From a virus (taxonomy: Duplodnaviria > Heunggongvirae > Uroviricota > Caudoviricetes), in the IMG/VR virus record IMGVR_UViG_2778261667_000008, positions 1 to 44,055 of that record: a stretch of 44,055 nt of DNA; one strand, written 5' to 3'. Position 1 is the stretch's first letter; each line of letters opens with the position of its first letter. The notes beneath the pieces are model-generated. The model was not told the DNA's origin and did not search any database. It was given only the letters and a program-made list of their open reading frames with translations. This document shows positions 10,473-19,540 of this stretch, one piece after another. The position numbers and the translations under genes were made by a program.

Positions 10473-10494
10473 TTAAAAATGGGGCCGAAGCCCC
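10473..10494 (-). terminator. Intrinsic terminator just downstream of the major capsid gene
   Basis: Minus-strand GGGGC-TTCG-GCCCC followed by ATTTTTAAT, immediately after the capsid stop codon. Confidence 0.55.
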
Positions 10495-10504
10495 GTTTGA
10501 ATGT

Positions 10505-11644
10505 TTAACCAAGAATCAGACAACCATGTGCCGGCTTCACTGATGAAACACCCCATGCCAGTCCAACTTCATAGCGCACCTGGCGATACTGACGATACAG
10601 TGCAATCTGGAACGTAATCCCTGAAATCGGGTCCGTAACATTCATTACATCATCAGCATTATCGCCACCTTCCGGCATTGCCGGAGTACGGGATGCCAGC
10701 AGAAACGCGTTGCGATCAAACGCCATATTTGCAGTAAAGGAGCCAACAACTGTGATTGCAGTATCATCGGCCAGATCCTGACGCAGTCCGGGCGCTGCAA
10801 GAGTAATCAGATTGCTGGTCGCTGCTGCCACAACATACTGATTCGGATCGCCAGCGAACGTAACAATCTGACCTGCAGAAATACTCCCCGAACCAGTATC
10901 AATGGAAATAAGAACATCGCCTTCTTTTTTCTCGCCATTCACGAGATAACCAGTTGCAGCAACCTTTGGCGCTCGTTTTACACCTGCCGAACTGTGAATA
11001 TTGAATCCCTCCAGACGCCCCAACACGCCCTCACGCAGTAGCTGTTCAGTGCCGGATTCATTCACTTTAAACAGTACAGACTGTTTTCCGCGCAAATTAG
11101 CAATGGCAGTGGAGCCAAGCACCATCTGCAGATCGGTTGCCGGTGCGCCGTTATCCTCCAGAACCTGACGAGCCAGAGCAGCATCAGAAAGATCATCTTT
11201 AACACCAAACGGCGTTGTCCCTGCGGTTCCCACGGCGCGGGAAGCACCGAAATACAACGCACCAAGATCAGCCTCAACCTCGTTTGCAAGGGCGCGAAAA
11301 GCCTGCTTGAACTGATCAGCCAGAATAGTGTTGTAAGTCCCTGAAGGGCCAAGAGCCAGTTGTTCTTCACCATTCCATTTAACCGGTGCCATTTTGGATT
11401 TAGTAATTTTCACATCAACAGTGCCAATATTTTGATCACCGGTATTCGGAGCTGACGGCCCCGGTACGATATCTTCGGTTTTCGCCTCAGGCGCAACTGG
11501 CGCGGTTACCGTCTGATCTTTTGCTGCGGCGTCAGCTTTTGCGTTTTTTGCTACCGCAGGGATAAAACCTACCTGCTCACGGGATACAACATCCAGGGCG
11601 GTATAAATAGTCGGGATCAACCCGGTCAGGGTATTTCCAGCCAT
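10505..11644 (-). CDS. Major capsid protein
   Basis: ORF track gives 410 aa from 11737; first ATG with SD (AAGGAA) is at 11644 (MAGNTLTGLIPTIY...). Size, position after the scaffold gene and the downstream terminator fit a capsid gene. No family recognised by eye. Confidence 0.55.
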   Translation of the reverse strand: MAGNTLTGLIPTIYTALDVVSREQVGFIPAVAKNAKADAAAKDQTVTAPVAPEAKTEDIVPGPSAPNTGDQNIGTVDVKITKSKMAPVKWNGEEQLALGPSGTYNTILADQFKQAFRALANEVEADLGALYFGASRAVGTAGTTPFGVKDDLSDAALARQVLEDNGAPATDLQMVLGSTAIANLRGKQSVLFKVNESGTEQLLREGVLGRLEGFNIHSSAGVKRAPKVAATGYLVNGEKKEGDVLISIDTGSGSISAGQIVTFAGDPNQYVVAAATSNLITLAAPGLRQDLADDTAITVVGSFTANMAFDRNAFLLASRTPAMPEGGDNADDVMNVTDPISGITFQIALYRQYRQVRYEVGLAWGVSSVKPAHGCLILG

Positions 11645-11742
11645 AATTAAATATTCCTTAAAAATTTGCGTAATTGTGAATAGATGGAGTAATGAGCTAT
11701 CCAGCCCTGACACCAGCTCCCATCCGGAAGCTGACAAATGTG

Positions 11743-12507
11743 TTAATCAACAATTGTGATACCGTCTTTCAATGCGTTTTGCTTACCTGCAACATCCAGT
11801 GCATCAAAAGCAGAGCGTTTCATCGTTTTCTGACCAATATCATGCTGTGTCGGACGGGAGCCGCCGCCATTGTTGCCACTGGCTTTCAGGATGTAGTCTT
11901 TCTGAGGGTAATTTTCGACGAGGAACTCCAGCGCCTCATCAAACTGCGCCAGTTCGCCAGGCTTCGCGCGGGAATAAATTTTGTTGCCGGAAGCGTCATA
12001 AGCAACGATCTTCCCTTCTTCCACTTTGAATGCCTGCCCGAAGCGGGCTTGTAATAAATCTGCCGGGATCGCAATTTTATCGGCAATATATTTTGAACCC
12101 GCAAAACTACCGCCAATCATAGAATCGTAAAGCTGCTTCTCCAGCATCTGAGAGCGTTGCTTTTCTTCATCTAATTGCTGCTGAAAATTTTTCGTAATTT
12201 CAGCCTTAACCTGATCAACCTGTCCCGCATCGATCAGCTTTTTCTGGTCGATTTTTGACAGCATTTCCAGTGCCTCGATCGCCTTCTTCGGGTCTTCGAT
12301 AGCGGCAAACTTAGCCAGTTTTTCCTCTGCAGCTTCTTTAGCCAGGCGATGATTTTTTGCCTCGCCATTAAGTTCTGTAATTTTTTTTGTCGCCAGCGGT
12401 GCATCGAAGCCGATTTCTTTACCATCGTCGTGCACATAAACTGGCAGGCCAGCAGTATCAATTTCTGCGTATTGTTTTCCGTTAATCTCGACCGTTTTCA
12501 GTTTCAT
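11743..12507 (-). CDS. Scaffolding protein
   Basis: Charged, coiled-coil-like (EAAEEKLAKFAA..., QQQLDEEKQRSQMLEKQ); position between head-morphogenesis and capsid genes; probable ATG at 12507 (MKLKTVEING...). Confidence 0.5.
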   Translation of the reverse strand: MKLKTVEINGKQYAEIDTAGLPVYVHDDGKEIGFDAPLATKKITELNGEAKNHRLAKEAAEEKLAKFAAIEDPKKAIEALEMLSKIDQKKLIDAGQVDQVKAEITKNFQQQLDEEKQRSQMLEKQLYDSMIGGSFAGSKYIADKIAIPADLLQARFGQAFKVEEGKIVAYDASGNKIYSRAKPGELAQFDEALEFLVENYPQKDYILKASGNNGGGSRPTQHDIGQKTMKRSAFDALDVAGKQNALKDGITIVD

Positions 12508-12611
12508 ATTAGTACCTGGTTTAAGTCTTCCGACAGTTACGCTGCTCACCATCCGGATCGCAGCAATAAAAAAGGCCACCCGAAGGTAGCCTGTTGTAAT
12601 AAATGATTTAT

Positions 12612-13727
12612 TTAAATCCCTGCTTTTCTGAATACCTGTGCATCACGCTCACGGAGTTGCTTCAGCGTCAGCCATTCGCCTTTATCGGTGTAAAATTCAT
12701 CTGGCGACATACCACCATCCCGAATCAGCTTTGCCCGGGTTTCCCCCACAATCTGTTTTTGTCTGGTGTAAGGCTGACGCAAAAACCATTCCCTGTAGGT
12801 TGTATCTCCGGCTACCACGCCATCCATGCTGGCCCGCTCAGCCGGGGAAATATCACGAACATCAATACCCAGTTCCTTCGCTGATTTCAGAATGAACGTT
12901 TCCGTTGAGCGGCAGCAGAAATGAATTTTTCCCGGCCCCTGCAAATAAGGCACGCTGTGACCTACAGGTTTATTATCCAGCGTATATTTGAGGCGATCCC
13001 TGATTCGACATTGTGGCGTAGTACGATTATCAAGCGTTGATAACCATTGCTTACCCTTAATCAAATCATTATTCGCGCGTGCAAAACTCTCACGAGCAGT
13101 AGCAGCAAGATGTCCAACCGCTGTTTTTGCAATGCTGGCCGCATTAGCCCGGCTCATCTGCAATGCACCATCCTGAAATCCCTTACTGACATGTCCCCGA
13201 ATTTTTCTTGCGATCTGCTCATTGGTATCCCCCAGCAAAAAACCCTGACGCACCGTATTTGTTATGCGTCTGAGCCGATCCGCCTCAAGATCTGAGGCCC
13301 ACTCACTGAGCAGTCGTCCCTGGAATGGTCGCGCCATTGCAGCGGCGTAAAGTGCATCAGAAGAGATACCAACTAGAGGGTGAACATCAGCAACAAAATC
13401 AGGTAGCAGAGAATCAAACAGACTTAACTGATAACCAGCCTCATAAATTGCCAGCTCGTTCAGCTCTCCGGAGAGACTGGTAAACATGCTGTTAATAGCA
13501 GCGCGGTTAACCTCTCTGACACTCGCCAGAAGTGACTCCAGGCGCGTAACGGTAAAACTACCAGGATCGAGGCTGTCCAGTGCTACCAGCAGGCGAGCTG
13601 TAAGCTCCGCATCGCTGTCATTCAGTATTTTCACCATTCTGGCAGCCACACCAGTGCTATAGCGGGATATCCAGACTGCATGAGCAATTGATTCATCACG
13701 CAGCCGTTCATTCACGGTTTGCATCAT
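12612..13727 (-). CDS. Head morphogenesis protein (Mu F / SPP1 gp7-like minor head protein)
   Basis: 371 aa, downstream of portal gene. Confidence 0.55.
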   Translation of the reverse strand: MMQTVNERLRDESIAHAVWISRYSTGVAARMVKILNDSDAELTARLLVALDSLDPGSFTVTRLESLLASVREVNRAAINSMFTSLSGELNELAIYEAGYQLSLFDSLLPDFVADVHPLVGISSDALYAAAMARPFQGRLLSEWASDLEADRLRRITNTVRQGFLLGDTNEQIARKIRGHVSKGFQDGALQMSRANAASIAKTAVGHLAATARESFARANNDLIKGKQWLSTLDNRTTPQCRIRDRLKYTLDNKPVGHSVPYLQGPGKIHFCCRSTETFILKSAKELGIDVRDISPAERASMDGVVAGDTTYREWFLRQPYTRQKQIVGETRAKLIRDGGMSPDEFYTDKGEWLTLKQLRERDAQVFRKAGI

Positions 13728-15114
13728 TGATTTCCATCAGCATTACACTCTGATTTTTTAATTCATCGATCACTTCCTCTGGACGGGAATCCTGATCGAT
13801 AAATTTCAACGCCTGCAACACCCGAACCGCATCAATCTGACGTATATCACCGCCCTGACGCAATGACTGAACAGCCAGCGCGGAGGATGAGTCAAACACC
13901 TGGGCAGATACATCCAGTTCAGTGCGCACATCCACATTGCCACCGCAACTCTCTCCGATCCATTCCGCCATTATCTGGAGAATATTATCGAGGGCATCTT
14001 CGAGGGAGTTCGCCATTGTATAAAGCGGCGAGTGTTCCTGCATCCGCTCTTCATTAGTCTGATCAACAGATTTGGTGGATGTATTTTCAGCCCGCAGAAG
14101 TTTAGCGCCGGCATGACGCATCTGATTTTCCAGCTTCTCAAGTGATGTTTCGCCAGATTCTATCGCTGCGCCACTATGTTCAACATATTCGAGGCCATTT
14201 TTTGTTCTGTCCTCAAAAATCGTAGCGGTGGATGCACCAACCGTCAGTTCTTCATTCCTGTCCAGCCCGTAGGCCACCAGCAATGGAACGCGGGCAACAT
14301 GAAGAATATTGTCCTGCTCGCTCTGGCTTTGCCAGTGCTTGATATTCAGCAAGCCAAGATTAAGCAATGGCGGTGTACCACGCATAAACCCTGTTTTCTT
14401 CGTATACAGTGTTACCAGAGGAATATCATCACGGCTGGTATTCCATGACTCATGAAGCGTCCAGACAGATTCGCCATTAGTACCTTCGCTGCGTCGATAA
14501 ATTTCAACTCGACGGGGCATAATATGGCGGATCTGCTCCACCTTCTTCTGCCCGAAATCATCACCATCAATAATGATGACCTCTTTTATACGCAAATCAG
14601 TGAGAACAACTTTCCCTTTTTCAACTTTCGATTTCCATCCAATAACCTGGCGTGGATTCAGCATCGTAACGTACGGGCGACCACCGGCCGCGTTTTCATC
14701 GGCTTTTGTCCGAATCTCGTTCATATCCGTTCGTGGATAGTCCACCAGCGCATGTGCCACACCATACTGAAATGCGAGACTAAAAAATTGCTGCGCCCAC
14801 ACATCCAGTCGGCTCCCCTCCATGTCGATATTTTCTGCATATTCCCTGATTTTTTCCGGCGTTTCCTCACTCAATACTGTCGGCTCTGCAAATATGCGCC
14901 CAATATTTTGTTTGATGCTTTCTTCATACACAGGAAGTAGCGTAGCCACAGACAGGCGTTTTTTATAAGCGTCTTCATCTTCATTAGGCCATTTGGGGAG
15001 ATAATTTTCCCCCTGCCTGCGCATTTCAAGCGTACCGCCCATCAATGCGTCGTTAATATCCCACGCCTCCAGCATATCGTTATAGTCGAGGTTGGGTGTT
15101 GATATATCAGCCAT
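13708..15114 (-). CDS. Portal protein
   Basis: 468 aa, immediately downstream of terminase large subunit; acidic C-terminal region. Confidence 0.65.
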   Translation of the reverse strand: MADISTPNLDYNDMLEAWDINDALMGGTLEMRRQGENYLPKWPNEDEDAYKKRLSVATLLPVYEESIKQNIGRIFAEPTVLSEETPEKIREYAENIDMEGSRLDVWAQQFFSLAFQYGVAHALVDYPRTDMNEIRTKADENAAGGRPYVTMLNPRQVIGWKSKVEKGKVVLTDLRIKEVIIIDGDDFGQKKVEQIRHIMPRRVEIYRRSEGTNGESVWTLHESWNTSRDDIPLVTLYTKKTGFMRGTPPLLNLGLLNIKHWQSQSEQDNILHVARVPLLVAYGLDRNEELTVGASTATIFEDRTKNGLEYVEHSGAAIESGETSLEKLENQMRHAGAKLLRAENTSTKSVDQTNEERMQEHSPLYTMANSLEDALDNILQIMAEWIGESCGGNVDVRTELDVSAQVFDSSSALAVQSLRQGGDIRQIDAVRVLQALKFIDQDSRPEEVIDELKNQSVMLMEINDANRE

Positions 15115-15116
15115 AA

Positions 15117-16424
15117 TTAAATCCGAAGTGATGTGACTCTTCCGGTCGGTTTGACAATAGGGAATTGCTTAACGATGAAATAACCTCCGGCATCATTCGG
15201 GTGATCATTGCCAGATTTTTTATCAGGCTCCCCCTTATCATCCCAGACCTGTTGCTCCAGAGATTCGGCATATACCGGACAACGCTTCACATTAACTTTA
15301 TAGCGACGCTCACCATTGGCATTGCAGAACATTGCATTCATTGAGTTAACGCGATCTTTTACTGGCGGGTTCGAGCTGTTCACCACAACGTTAAAACCTG
15401 CCTGCTTAAGCTGGGCTATATCCGTCGTACTTGCGTTACTTGATTTTCTGGAATCTCCGGAAGCATCTGGATAAATATAAATCTCCCTCACTTTCCGGTA
15501 ATCATTCCCGTCATACAGCCAGAAGCGTTCTTTAATGATGCGGATCATATCCGGCGTATCGTAAGCATTGATGATTTCAGTTACCGCACATGGAAGCCCC
15601 AAACGCAGCACATGGACGATCCCCGCCATCTTTCCAACGTTAAAATCCATCCCAATATAAATCGGCTCCCCTGGCTGCTCCACTTCTTCGCAATTATTCA
15701 GTTTCCGGTCAAACTGATGGTAAACAGTACCACTTGTCAGGTTAGTAAACTGTCCTCGAAGATAGGCTTTAATCAGCTCTGGAGGGTATGATTCAAGAAG
15801 CGAAGGAATGTAATCTGCTGGCAGGTTCTTTTCATTATCGAAAGTAGATGCCTGCACCAGACCATACAGTGAGGCCAGCTCTGTTTTTTCACGCACGGCT
15901 TTAACAAACTGCTCGTAGACAAATTTGAATCCTTCCGGCGTGGTTGTAACGTCAATACCGTTGCGAAGTCCATCAATCTTATAACGCATACGCGCAATTA
16001 TCTTGCGCCACGCCGTTCTGGCTTTTTCCTTCGGCAAAATGTCCAGTTCATCCACCAGCGCATTACCAATTTTGAAACCGACGATCGTTTGTGGCTTCTC
16101 CATCGATCTGCAGATAGTGGTTCCCCGATACTGGCGTCCGTAATAAAAGTGAACCTCTTTATTTCCCTCATTAATTTTTACGTTCAATCCCCAGTCAGCA
16201 GCAACTTCTTCCACTGTAGGGTAAAAAATATCGCGAATTTGGGGATACGTTGGCGCAAAATATCCCTGATTTATACCTGGATGCTCCCAAATCCCCTTGC
16301 ATATGCCGCCACACCCAACCCATGTTTTGCCCGAGCCAAAACCAGCAATATAGGCTTTAAATTTATGGGGCATTGAAAGAAATCGCGCCTGAGGCACATT
16401 AAGCGTCGGAGAGATCATCTTCAT
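15117..16424 (-). CDS. Terminase large subunit
   Basis: Walker A AGFGSGKT near the N-terminus, size ~435 aa, nuclease-type C-terminal half; track start 16427 is GTG, ATGs at 16424 and 16418. Confidence 0.8.
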   Translation of the reverse strand: MKMISPTLNVPQARFLSMPHKFKAYIAGFGSGKTWVGCGGICKGIWEHPGINQGYFAPTYPQIRDIFYPTVEEVAADWGLNVKINEGNKEVHFYYGRQYRGTTICRSMEKPQTIVGFKIGNALVDELDILPKEKARTAWRKIIARMRYKIDGLRNGIDVTTTPEGFKFVYEQFVKAVREKTELASLYGLVQASTFDNEKNLPADYIPSLLESYPPELIKAYLRGQFTNLTSGTVYHQFDRKLNNCEEVEQPGEPIYIGMDFNVGKMAGIVHVLRLGLPCAVTEIINAYDTPDMIRIIKERFWLYDGNDYRKVREIYIYPDASGDSRKSSNASTTDIAQLKQAGFNVVVNSSNPPVKDRVNSMNAMFCNANGERRYKVNVKRCPVYAESLEQQVWDDKGEPDKKSGNDHPNDAGGYFIVKQFPIVKPTGRVTSLRI

Positions 16425-17493
16425 CACTCCTTAATCTGGCATCAACCACATTAATATTGATCGCCACAGGCTGGGGATGTTCATTATCCTCCACCGTTTC
16501 GATCTCTTTGCGCAGCTTCTGGTTTTCCATTCTGCGCCGTTCAATTTCCAGTTCCTGTAGCCGCTTATCTGCACATAATGCCCCGCCAGCAGAAAGCAAA
16601 CGCAACAATTCACGCCGGGCGGCAGCCTTATCCTCCAGCAGGATCTCAACACCGTATTTTCCGAGCTTTGACCCTGCATATAATTGCCGCGCATCCCCAT
16701 CAAGCAGTGTGGTATCAGCCATATAAAGCTGTCCCGTTCCCTCACCGCAGCACTTCGGGCAATCCGGATTGGGTATGGCGTTATCAACAAAGCCGAGGCC
16801 TCCATATTCCGGCTCGGGTTTACCATCTCTGGAGGCCTGTGCCGCAGCCTTATCGAATTCTGCAATATCACGCCACTGGTAGAGATGATTCTCGCCCCAG
16901 CAATAACGGCAGTTAACACGGCGAAATTGTGCCAACTGATTGGGGTCGGCCTGGACAATGGCCATCAACTGGCTCACCAGTAAATCCAGGTCTGCGGTAT
17001 AGCGTTTCTGGTACTGATTGCGGAAGTAGCTGATAGCACGATAAACCCTGGCATTTCTAAGCATACGGCTGGCGTTGCTGTTAGCTGTCGCACCTTGCCC
17101 CTCATAACCAGCCAGTCGGTATGCCTCTGTCGGCTTTTTCCCCTGAGCAACCAACATGGCGAATTTTGCCTGCTGGTCAGAAATACCGAATTCATCGGGG
17201 CAGAACGAAATTTCTTCCGTGTCCCCCTCAATCAGGAATGCATCGGATACAGCCTTTTTTTTCTGAGATTTTCCGTTCTGCCTTTGCGCAGTCTGCGCAG
17301 TTTTTTTTCGCGCACTTTTTTGCGCAGTTTTGCGCATTTCTTTCTGCGCATTTTTCGGAGTTTTTTTGATGTAACGACGGGCTGTTGCGTAGTTCAGTCC
17401 CCTTGCTTCACACCATGCCACCGGAGATATACCGGAGCGGGTGTATTCAGCAATATACTCCTGCTGCAACGCCCCCCAGTCCGGTCTGCTCAT
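16399..17493 (-). CDS. Terminase small subunit-like DNA-binding protein
   Basis: 364 aa; N-terminal HTH-like segment, lysine-rich low-complexity linker, Cys-rich C-terminal half (CRYCWGE...CPKCCGE); directly upstream of and overlapping the terminase large subunit. Confidence 0.5.
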   Translation of the reverse strand: MSRPDWGALQQEYIAEYTRSGISPVAWCEARGLNYATARRYIKKTPKNAQKEMRKTAQKSARKKTAQTAQRQNGKSQKKKAVSDAFLIEGDTEEISFCPDEFGISDQQAKFAMLVAQGKKPTEAYRLAGYEGQGATANSNASRMLRNARVYRAISYFRNQYQKRYTADLDLLVSQLMAIVQADPNQLAQFRRVNCRYCWGENHLYQWRDIAEFDKAAAQASRDGKPEPEYGGLGFVDNAIPNPDCPKCCGEGTGQLYMADTTLLDGDARQLYAGSKLGKYGVEILLEDKAAARRELLRLLSAGGALCADKRLQELEIERRRMENQKLRKEIETVEDNEHPQPVAININVVDARLRSDEDDLSDA

Positions 17494-17496
17494 CAG

Positions 17497-17748
17497 TTAG
17501 TCCTGATTTTTATCCACCCTGAGTAGTTCGCGCAGAGCAAAGGCATCCCCTTTTCTGGCAAGCTTAAACAATGCCGCTCGTAACTCGGCTTCACCTTTCG
17601 CTCTGCCCTTACGGATGGCCGCATAAAAATCTGTCATTGCTTCCCGATTTTCTTTCAGTCGGTTCAGATCAACATCCAGAACGTCAGCGATTTGTTGTGC
17701 AGTCATCCGGCACGCTGCCAGAGACTCGACTTTCGAATACGGAATCAT
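17497..17748 (-). CDS. Small HTH-type protein coupled to the terminase genes
   Basis: 83 aa; ATG at 17748 with GGGGGTGA SD; its stop and the next start form TAACTGATG. Confidence 0.35.
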   Translation of the reverse strand: MIPYSKVESLAACRMTAQQIADVLDVDLNRLKENREAMTDFYAAIRKGRAKGEAELRAALFKLARKGDAFALRELLRVDKNQD

Positions 17749-18640
17749 TTGTCACCCCCATTGATATGCAGGGTGTCTTCTTCCTGTATTTTTCGTGAAG
17801 GATTTTTACTGCAGCGTTGTTCCAGGTGACCTGATGGTGAATGCGTTTATGGCTGGCACCCATCAGTGAGATTTTTACGCACGACGGCGAATACATGACG
17901 GAGTAAAAACTTTTAACGTAGGTTCCGGAATCCAGATACAGCTCGGTCATTCCGCCGCTGTTTTTCTGCGTCTGTTTCTGCCCTAACTGGACAGCACCGA
18001 TCGTCATAAACAATTCACCACAGCGACCGAGATTCGTGTACGTATTCACATCCTCGTTAATGCGCCCCATGAATGAGAACGGTCGATCAACCGAACAGAT
18101 AAAGCTGTTCATTGCCTTGCGTTTCACCCACGAAGCATGGCCGCCATTGTCACCAAGAAAATCCCCGCCCTGCGACATAGCGATGGAAAGCGCGGGTATT
18201 GATTCGTAATACGCCAGCATTTCAGAAAGGATCGCATCCAGTTTCCTTATCGGGAAATAGGCCTGGTCATAGTTGCGATCCACCCGAAACTGGAACTCGT
18301 GATAATCATCATCGAGCTGAATGAAGTATTTACACCCGACCAGTTTTGCCAGGTCGAAACAGGCATTACGGGCGTAAAAAATTGAGCGGCGGTCACCAAA
18401 ATTATCGGCTTCGTCAAAACGACTGGCAATATCGGCTTTGGAAAATACCAGCACCTGTTCACCAAATTCAGCCATGTACTGATGCCGTGTCTTATCTTCA
18501 TCATCAACAACGATAAAAATTTTCCCGGTATAGCCAGCACGACGCAACGTCCGGTAAGTCAGAACTTTGTCCGGTCGCCCGTGAGTCAGAATAAAGGCGC
18601 AAAAATCATCACGCATATTCCTCCTCCTCCTCCCCGCCAT
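17684..18640 (-). CDS. Hypothetical 318-aa protein (possible nucleotide-sugar-transferase-like fold; function unknown)
   Basis: ATG at 18640 with GGAG SD; acidic motifs FIVVDDEDK and IQLDDDYHEF; follows the ParB-like gene and precedes the terminase genes. Confidence 0.5.
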   Translation of the reverse strand: MAGRRRRNMRDDFCAFILTHGRPDKVLTYRTLRRAGYTGKIFIVVDDEDKTRHQYMAEFGEQVLVFSKADIASRFDEADNFGDRRSIFYARNACFDLAKLVGCKYFIQLDDDYHEFQFRVDRNYDQAYFPIRKLDAILSEMLAYYESIPALSIAMSQGGDFLGDNGGHASWVKRKAMNSFICSVDRPFSFMGRINEDVNTYTNLGRCGELFMTIGAVQLGQKQTQKNSGGMTELYLDSGTYVKSFYSVMYSPSCVKISLMGASHKRIHHQVTWNNAAVKILHEKYRKKTPCISMGVTNDSVFESRVSGSVPDDCTTNR

Positions 18641-19403
18641 GCATGATCTCCACCATGCGCTGCGTCATTCGGACAAATCCATTTTCAATAGCCTGCTGAT
18701 AATCAATGATCACCAGCGCCGACTCCTCGAAAAGGCACTGAATTTCAGCGGGGGCATGAGCGTAATAGTCCGCAATTCTGCTGAAATTAAACACTGTGTG
18801 ACGTTCTGCCGCACACAGGAGGAATTTCTCAATATCAGGATCAAGGGACGCCGAACGTATCCGGCTGATCAGCTCCTGAGTTTTCGTATCGTCGTACAGT
18901 TCACTGATATCCGGTTTACCGCCCGACGGCTCATAAACAGGCGTATCAATTTTCGTCGTATACGGCTCCTCCTCATTTCCTGTACCGGGCAAAACATCCG
19001 TCAACAGTTCATCAATTTCTGTCGGGATGAAGCCTGTCAGGGAGACATCAAAATCAGCATTGATTAGGTCCGACAGCTCCATCCGCAACAGATCTTCATC
19101 CCAGCCAGCATTCATCGGCAGGCGATTATCTGCCAGGCGGTACGCCTTTTTCTGCTCATCCGTCAGGCCAGACAGAACAATGACCGGAACAGAATCCATT
19201 TTGAGCATTTCAGCCGCCATAACACGACCGTGACCCGCAATAATTTCGCCCTTTTCGTCAATCAGCACCGGATTAGTCCAGCCGAATTGCTTAATACTTT
19301 CTACCAGTTGTGCCACCTGCTCAGTACTGTGCGTCCTGGCGTTGTGCGCATACGGTGACAATTCTTGTAATGGGCGATAGACTATCTTTAATTTCTCGCT
19401 CAT
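18609..19403 (-). CDS. ynaK: ParB-like nuclease domain protein
   Basis: 264 aa; N-terminal ParB/Srx-type segment (IDEKGEIIAGHGRVMAAEM...); acidic C-terminus; adjacent to trkG as ynaK is in K-12 Rac. Confidence 0.6.
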   Translation of the reverse strand: MSEKLKIVYRPLQELSPYAHNARTHSTEQVAQLVESIKQFGWTNPVLIDEKGEIIAGHGRVMAAEMLKMDSVPVIVLSGLTDEQKKAYRLADNRLPMNAGWDEDLLRMELSDLINADFDVSLTGFIPTEIDELLTDVLPGTGNEEEPYTTKIDTPVYEPSGGKPDISELYDDTKTQELISRIRSASLDPDIEKFLLCAAERHTVFNFSRIADYYAHAPAEIQCLFEESALVIIDYQQAIENGFVRMTQRMVEIMHGGEEEEEYA

Positions 19404-19540
19404 ACAGCCTTGCTTTATGAATAAAACGCACCCCAGCAGCCAGTGCTACTGGGGGCGGAGGTGTTGCTGGTAAAGTTAGGTATTGGATCAATGAGTGAGT
19501 CAACATAATATTAAACTCACAATTATAAATCAGCCATATA

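Noticed and set aside
16431-16958. 175-aa minus-strand ORF inside the small-terminase-like gene
   Set aside because: It is an alternative frame fully contained in the longer 364-aa ORF, which has the coupled start and terminase context.
17285-17350. Short periodic repeats considered as a possible CRISPR-like array
   Set aside because: Repeat unit is only 6 bp with 3-9 bp spacers and lies inside a coding region; nothing like 25-40 bp repeats with unique spacers.
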